Translations under genes and position numbers: made by a program
Source of the DNA: Acutalibacteraceae bacterium
Lineage (GTDB): Bacteria; Bacillota; Clostridia; Oscillospirales; Acutalibacteraceae
Direction of reading: 5' to 3'
DNA length: 64,000 bases
NCBI GenBank assembly: GCA_045616765.1
Contig: JAZLHL010000012.1
Location: 1,756 to 65,755, forward strand
The notes under the pieces: model-generated
Seen by the model: only the letters and a program-made list of their open reading frames with translations
The model's database searches: none
What the model was told of the DNA's origin: nothing
Part shown: one piece after another, positions 61,491 to 64,000 of the stretch
Layout: each line of letters begins with the position of its first letter
Numbering within the stretch: the first letter of the stretch is position 1

Positions 61491-61576
61491 GTTTTCATTA
61501 TAGCATATCTTCGCAGTTTGTCAACCGAGTTAAAAATAAATTTTTATGCCTTTAAAGTCCGTTAACAACCGAAAAC

Positions 61577-62977
61577 TTAAAACTTCACTCTGTCCTCAAT
61601 ATACTTTTCAAGCTCTGCGATCGGGATCCTTACCTGCTCCATGGAGTCTCTTTCACGGACTGTTACGCAGTTGTCGGCAGGAGTATTCTCGTCGCCTACG
61701 GTTTCAAAGTCAACGGTAATGCAGAACGGTGTGCCGATTTCATCCTGACGGCGATAGCGTTTGCCTATTGAGCCTGCATCATCGTAATCCACAAAGAATT
61801 TCTTTGAAAGCTCTGCGTAGATTTCATTTGCCTTGTCGCCGAGTTTCTTTGAAAGCGGCAGAACTGCGCACTTGTAGGGTGCAAGGGCTGGATGAAGTCT
61901 TAACACAACTCTCGTGTCATTCTTTGCCTCGTCAACGACTTCCTCATCATAAGCCTCGGTAAGTACGGTCAGGAAAAGTCTTTCAACGCCGAGTGACGGC
62001 TCAACAACATAGGGAACATATCTTTCGTTTGTTTCCGGGTCAAAGTAGTCAAGGCTCTTACCGGAGGTGTTGATGTGCTGAGTAAGGTCGTAGTCGGTTC
62101 TGTCGGCAACGCCCCAAAGCTCGCCCCAGCCGAACGGGAAAAGGTACTCGAAGTCGGTGGTAGCCTTTGAATAGAAGCAAAGCTCCTCTTTATCGTGGTC
62201 GCGCAGTCTGAGGTTTTCCTCCTTGATGCCGAGTGAATACAGCCAGTCGCGGCAGAATGCACGCCAATACTCAAACCATTCAAGGTCGGTGCCGGGCTTG
62301 CAGAAAAACTCAAGCTCCATCTGCTCAAATTCGCGAACGCGGAAAATGAAGTTGCCGGGAGTGATCTCGTTACGGAAGGATTTGCCGACCTGCGCAACGC
62401 CGAACGGCACTTTTCTTCTTGTGGTTCTCTGAATATTTGCAAAGTTCACGAAGATGCCCTGTGCGGTTTCGGGGCGCAGGTAGAGCTCGTTTTTGGAGTC
62501 CTCGGTAACACCCTGGAAGGTTTTGAACATAAGGTTAAACTGTCTTATATCGGTAAAATTGTGCTTGCCGCACTCGGGGCAGGGAATGTTCTTTTCCTTG
62601 ATGTAGTTCATCATCTGCTCATTTGACCAGCCTGCAACATTTGTGCCGTCAAAATCTTCTATGAGATTATCGGCTCTGTGGCGCGTTTTGCACTCGCGGC
62701 AGTCCATAAGCGGATCGGAGAAGCCGCCGAGATGACCCGAAGCCACCCATGTCTGCGGATTCATAAGGATTGCACTGTCAAGACCGACATTATAGGGATT
62801 TTCCTGAATAAATTTCTTTCTCCACGCGTTTTTGATGTTGTTTTTAAGCTCAACACCGAGGGGACCGTAATCCCATGTGTTGGCGAGACCGCCGTAGATT
62901 TCACTGCCTGCGTACACGAAGCCTCTGCCCTTGCAGAGAGCAACGAGTTTTTCCATGGATTTTTCTGTGTTTTTCAT
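61577..62977 (-). CDS. glyQS: Glycine--tRNA ligase (dimeric GlyQS type)
   Basis: The product contains ...[41 protein letters not shown] and class II motifs. Confidence 0.95.
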   Translation of the reverse strand: MKNTEKSMEKLVALCKGRGFVYAGSEIYGGLANTWDYGPLGVELKNNIKNAWRKKFIQENPYNVGLDSAILMNPQTWVASGHLGGFSDPLMDCRECKTRHRADNLIEDFDGTNVAGWSNEQMMNYIKEKNIPCPECGKHNFTDIRQFNLMFKTFQGVTEDSKNELYLRPETAQGIFVNFANIQRTTRRKVPFGVAQVGKSFRNEITPGNFIFRVREFEQMELEFFCKPGTDLEWFEYWRAFCRDWLYSLGIKEENLRLRDHDKEELCFYSKATTDFEYLFPFGWGELWGVADRTDYDLTQHINTSGKSLDYFDPETNERYVPYVVEPSLGVERLFLTVLTEAYDEEVVDEAKNDTRVVLRLHPALAPYKCAVLPLSKKLGDKANEIYAELSKKFFVDYDDAGSIGKRYRRQDEIGTPFCITVDFETVGDENTPADNCVTVRERDSMEQVRIPIAELEKYIEDRVKF

Positions 62978-63004
62978 TCCTATTTTCCTTTCGGTCTTTA
63001 TTTA

Positions 63005-64000
63005 TCAATAGTCGCCGTCAAGTGACGCGGAAGAAACCGTGCCGCCGAACTGACTGTAATACATATCCGCATACAAGCCGCCTTTTTTAAGCAGCTCGTC
63101 GTGTGTGCCGCGCTCTTTCACGGTGCCCTTGTCTATGAAAAGGATCTCATCCGCCTTGCGTATGGTCGAAAGTCTGTGGGCAATAACGAAATTCGTTCTG
63201 CCCTTCATAATTTCGCTCATAGCCTCCTGAACAAGCAGCTCCGTTCTTGTATCGACCGAGCTTGTGGCTTCATCGAGAATGAGGATTTTCGGATCTTTAA
63301 GCAAAGCGCGCGCTATGGTTATAAGCTGGCGCTGACCCTGCGAAATGTTTTCGCCGTTTTCTTCAAGCACGGTGTTGTAGCCCTCGGGCAGCTCGCTTAT
63401 AAATTCATCGGCGCGTGCCGCCTTTGCGGCGGCTATGACCTCGTCATCGGTTGCACCGAGCCTGCCGTAACGCAGGTTATCCATAACCGTACCCTTAAAT
63501 AACCACGTATCCTGCAGCACCATACCGTAAAGCGAACGCAGCGTATCACGCGAAACGTCGCGTATATCCGTGCCGTCAATGGTGATTTTGCCGCCCGTAA
63601 CATCGTAAAAGCGCATAAGCAGATTTACGAATGTGGTCTTGCCCGCACCCGTGGGACCCACGAGCGCAACAAGTGAGCCGGCTTTCAGCGTAATATCAAG
63701 ATGCTCCATAAGGGGTTTGTCCGGTGAGTATGAGAACGAAACATCCTCAAATTTCAAGGCATCCTTGAATTCAAGCGTAGTGTCAACGGCTTCGTCAGGT
63801 TCAATATCTTCATCAAGCATTGTGAACACACGCTCTGCCGATGCCATGCACGACTGCAGCTGGTTTACTATCTGCGCAAGGCTTGAAATGGGGGAAGTGA
63901 ACAGCTTTGAATAAGTGATGAATGTAAGAATACCGCCTATGGTGAACGCTTCGCCCATATCGTAAAGCACTTTGCCGCCGACGGCGAAAACGCCGTTATT
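63005..64000 (-). CDS. ABC transporter ATP-binding/permease (exporter type), N-terminus beyond the window end
   Basis: Walker A is GPTGAGKTT, the signature is ISQGQRQ and Walker B is ILILDEATS. The reading frame is open to nt 64000. Confidence 0.9.
   Translation of the reverse strand, partial: NNGVFAVGGKVLYDMGEAFTIGGILTFITYSKLFTSPISSLAQIVNQLQSCMASAERVFTMLDEDIEPDEAVDTTLEFKDALKFEDVSFSYSPDKPLMEHLDITLKAGSLVALVGPTGAGKTTFVNLLMRFYDVTGGKITIDGTDIRDVSRDTLRSLYGMVLQDTWLFKGTVMDNLRYGRLGATDDEVIAAAKAARADEFISELPEGYNTVLEENGENISQGQRQLITIARALLKDPKILILDEATSSVDTRTELLVQEAMSEIMKGRTNFVIAHRLSTIRKADEILFIDKGTVKERGTHDELLKKGGLYADMYYSQFGGTVSSASLDGDY

Overview
The window looks like a Firmicutes/Clostridia-type chromosome segment. 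I infer this from AGGAGG-type ribosome binding sites, a T-box leader, an rpmH-rnpA-yidD-yidC-jag block and Clostridia-style glp genes. No taxon can be proven from the sequence alone. Most of it is housekeeping or metabolic. Genes I recognise are hisS, mgsA, an FGGY kinase, an orphan 5S rRNA, a hybrid histidine kinase, a uxaC / LarA-like / gnd / PfkB-kinase cluster, aspartate kinase, mgtE, a glpA/B/DUF1667-type cluster with an AGPS-like flavoenzyme, ogg, thrS with a Thr T-box, mrp, glxK, trmO, glyQS and an ABC exporter. The best candidate for something new is a visibly AT-richer accessory island at about 27.3-38.2 kb, between mgtE and the glp cluster. Its core is a five-gene minus-strand operon (33722->27547). 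Gene 1 is an SPFH/band-7 protein with three C-terminal zinc ribbons. Gene 2 is a 4-TM protein. Gene 3 is a 1026-aa protein with the layout zinc ribbon - TIR - helical repeats - one TM helix - seven RCC1-like blades, which gives it a Toll-receptor-like topology. Gene 4 is a 48-aa degenerate copy of that protein's N-terminus. Gene 5 is a 275-aa orphan protein. An identical 19-bp palindrome-containing sequence sits on the -35 of this operon's predicted promoter. The same 19 bp recurs 1.6 kb away in a second divergent promoter region next to HTH regulators, a zinc-ribbon membrane protein and an atypical Ser/Thr kinase. Other finds are listed below.
- A likely type I toxin-antitoxin locus: a 29-aa hydrophobic peptide with a convergent sRNA (61.2-61.5 kb).
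- A relBE pair.
- A 412-bp MITE-like element built from GTGAAAT+mini-hairpin units.
- Two clusters of REP-like GTAG+hairpin elements.
- A second small repeat family.
- A long structured mgtE leader in which I could not recognise an M-box.
- A C-terminal tail motif shared by three exported enzymes.
All calls come from reading the sequence and ORF translations by eye. Hairpin and RNA coordinates are approximate to a few nt. No database search was run.
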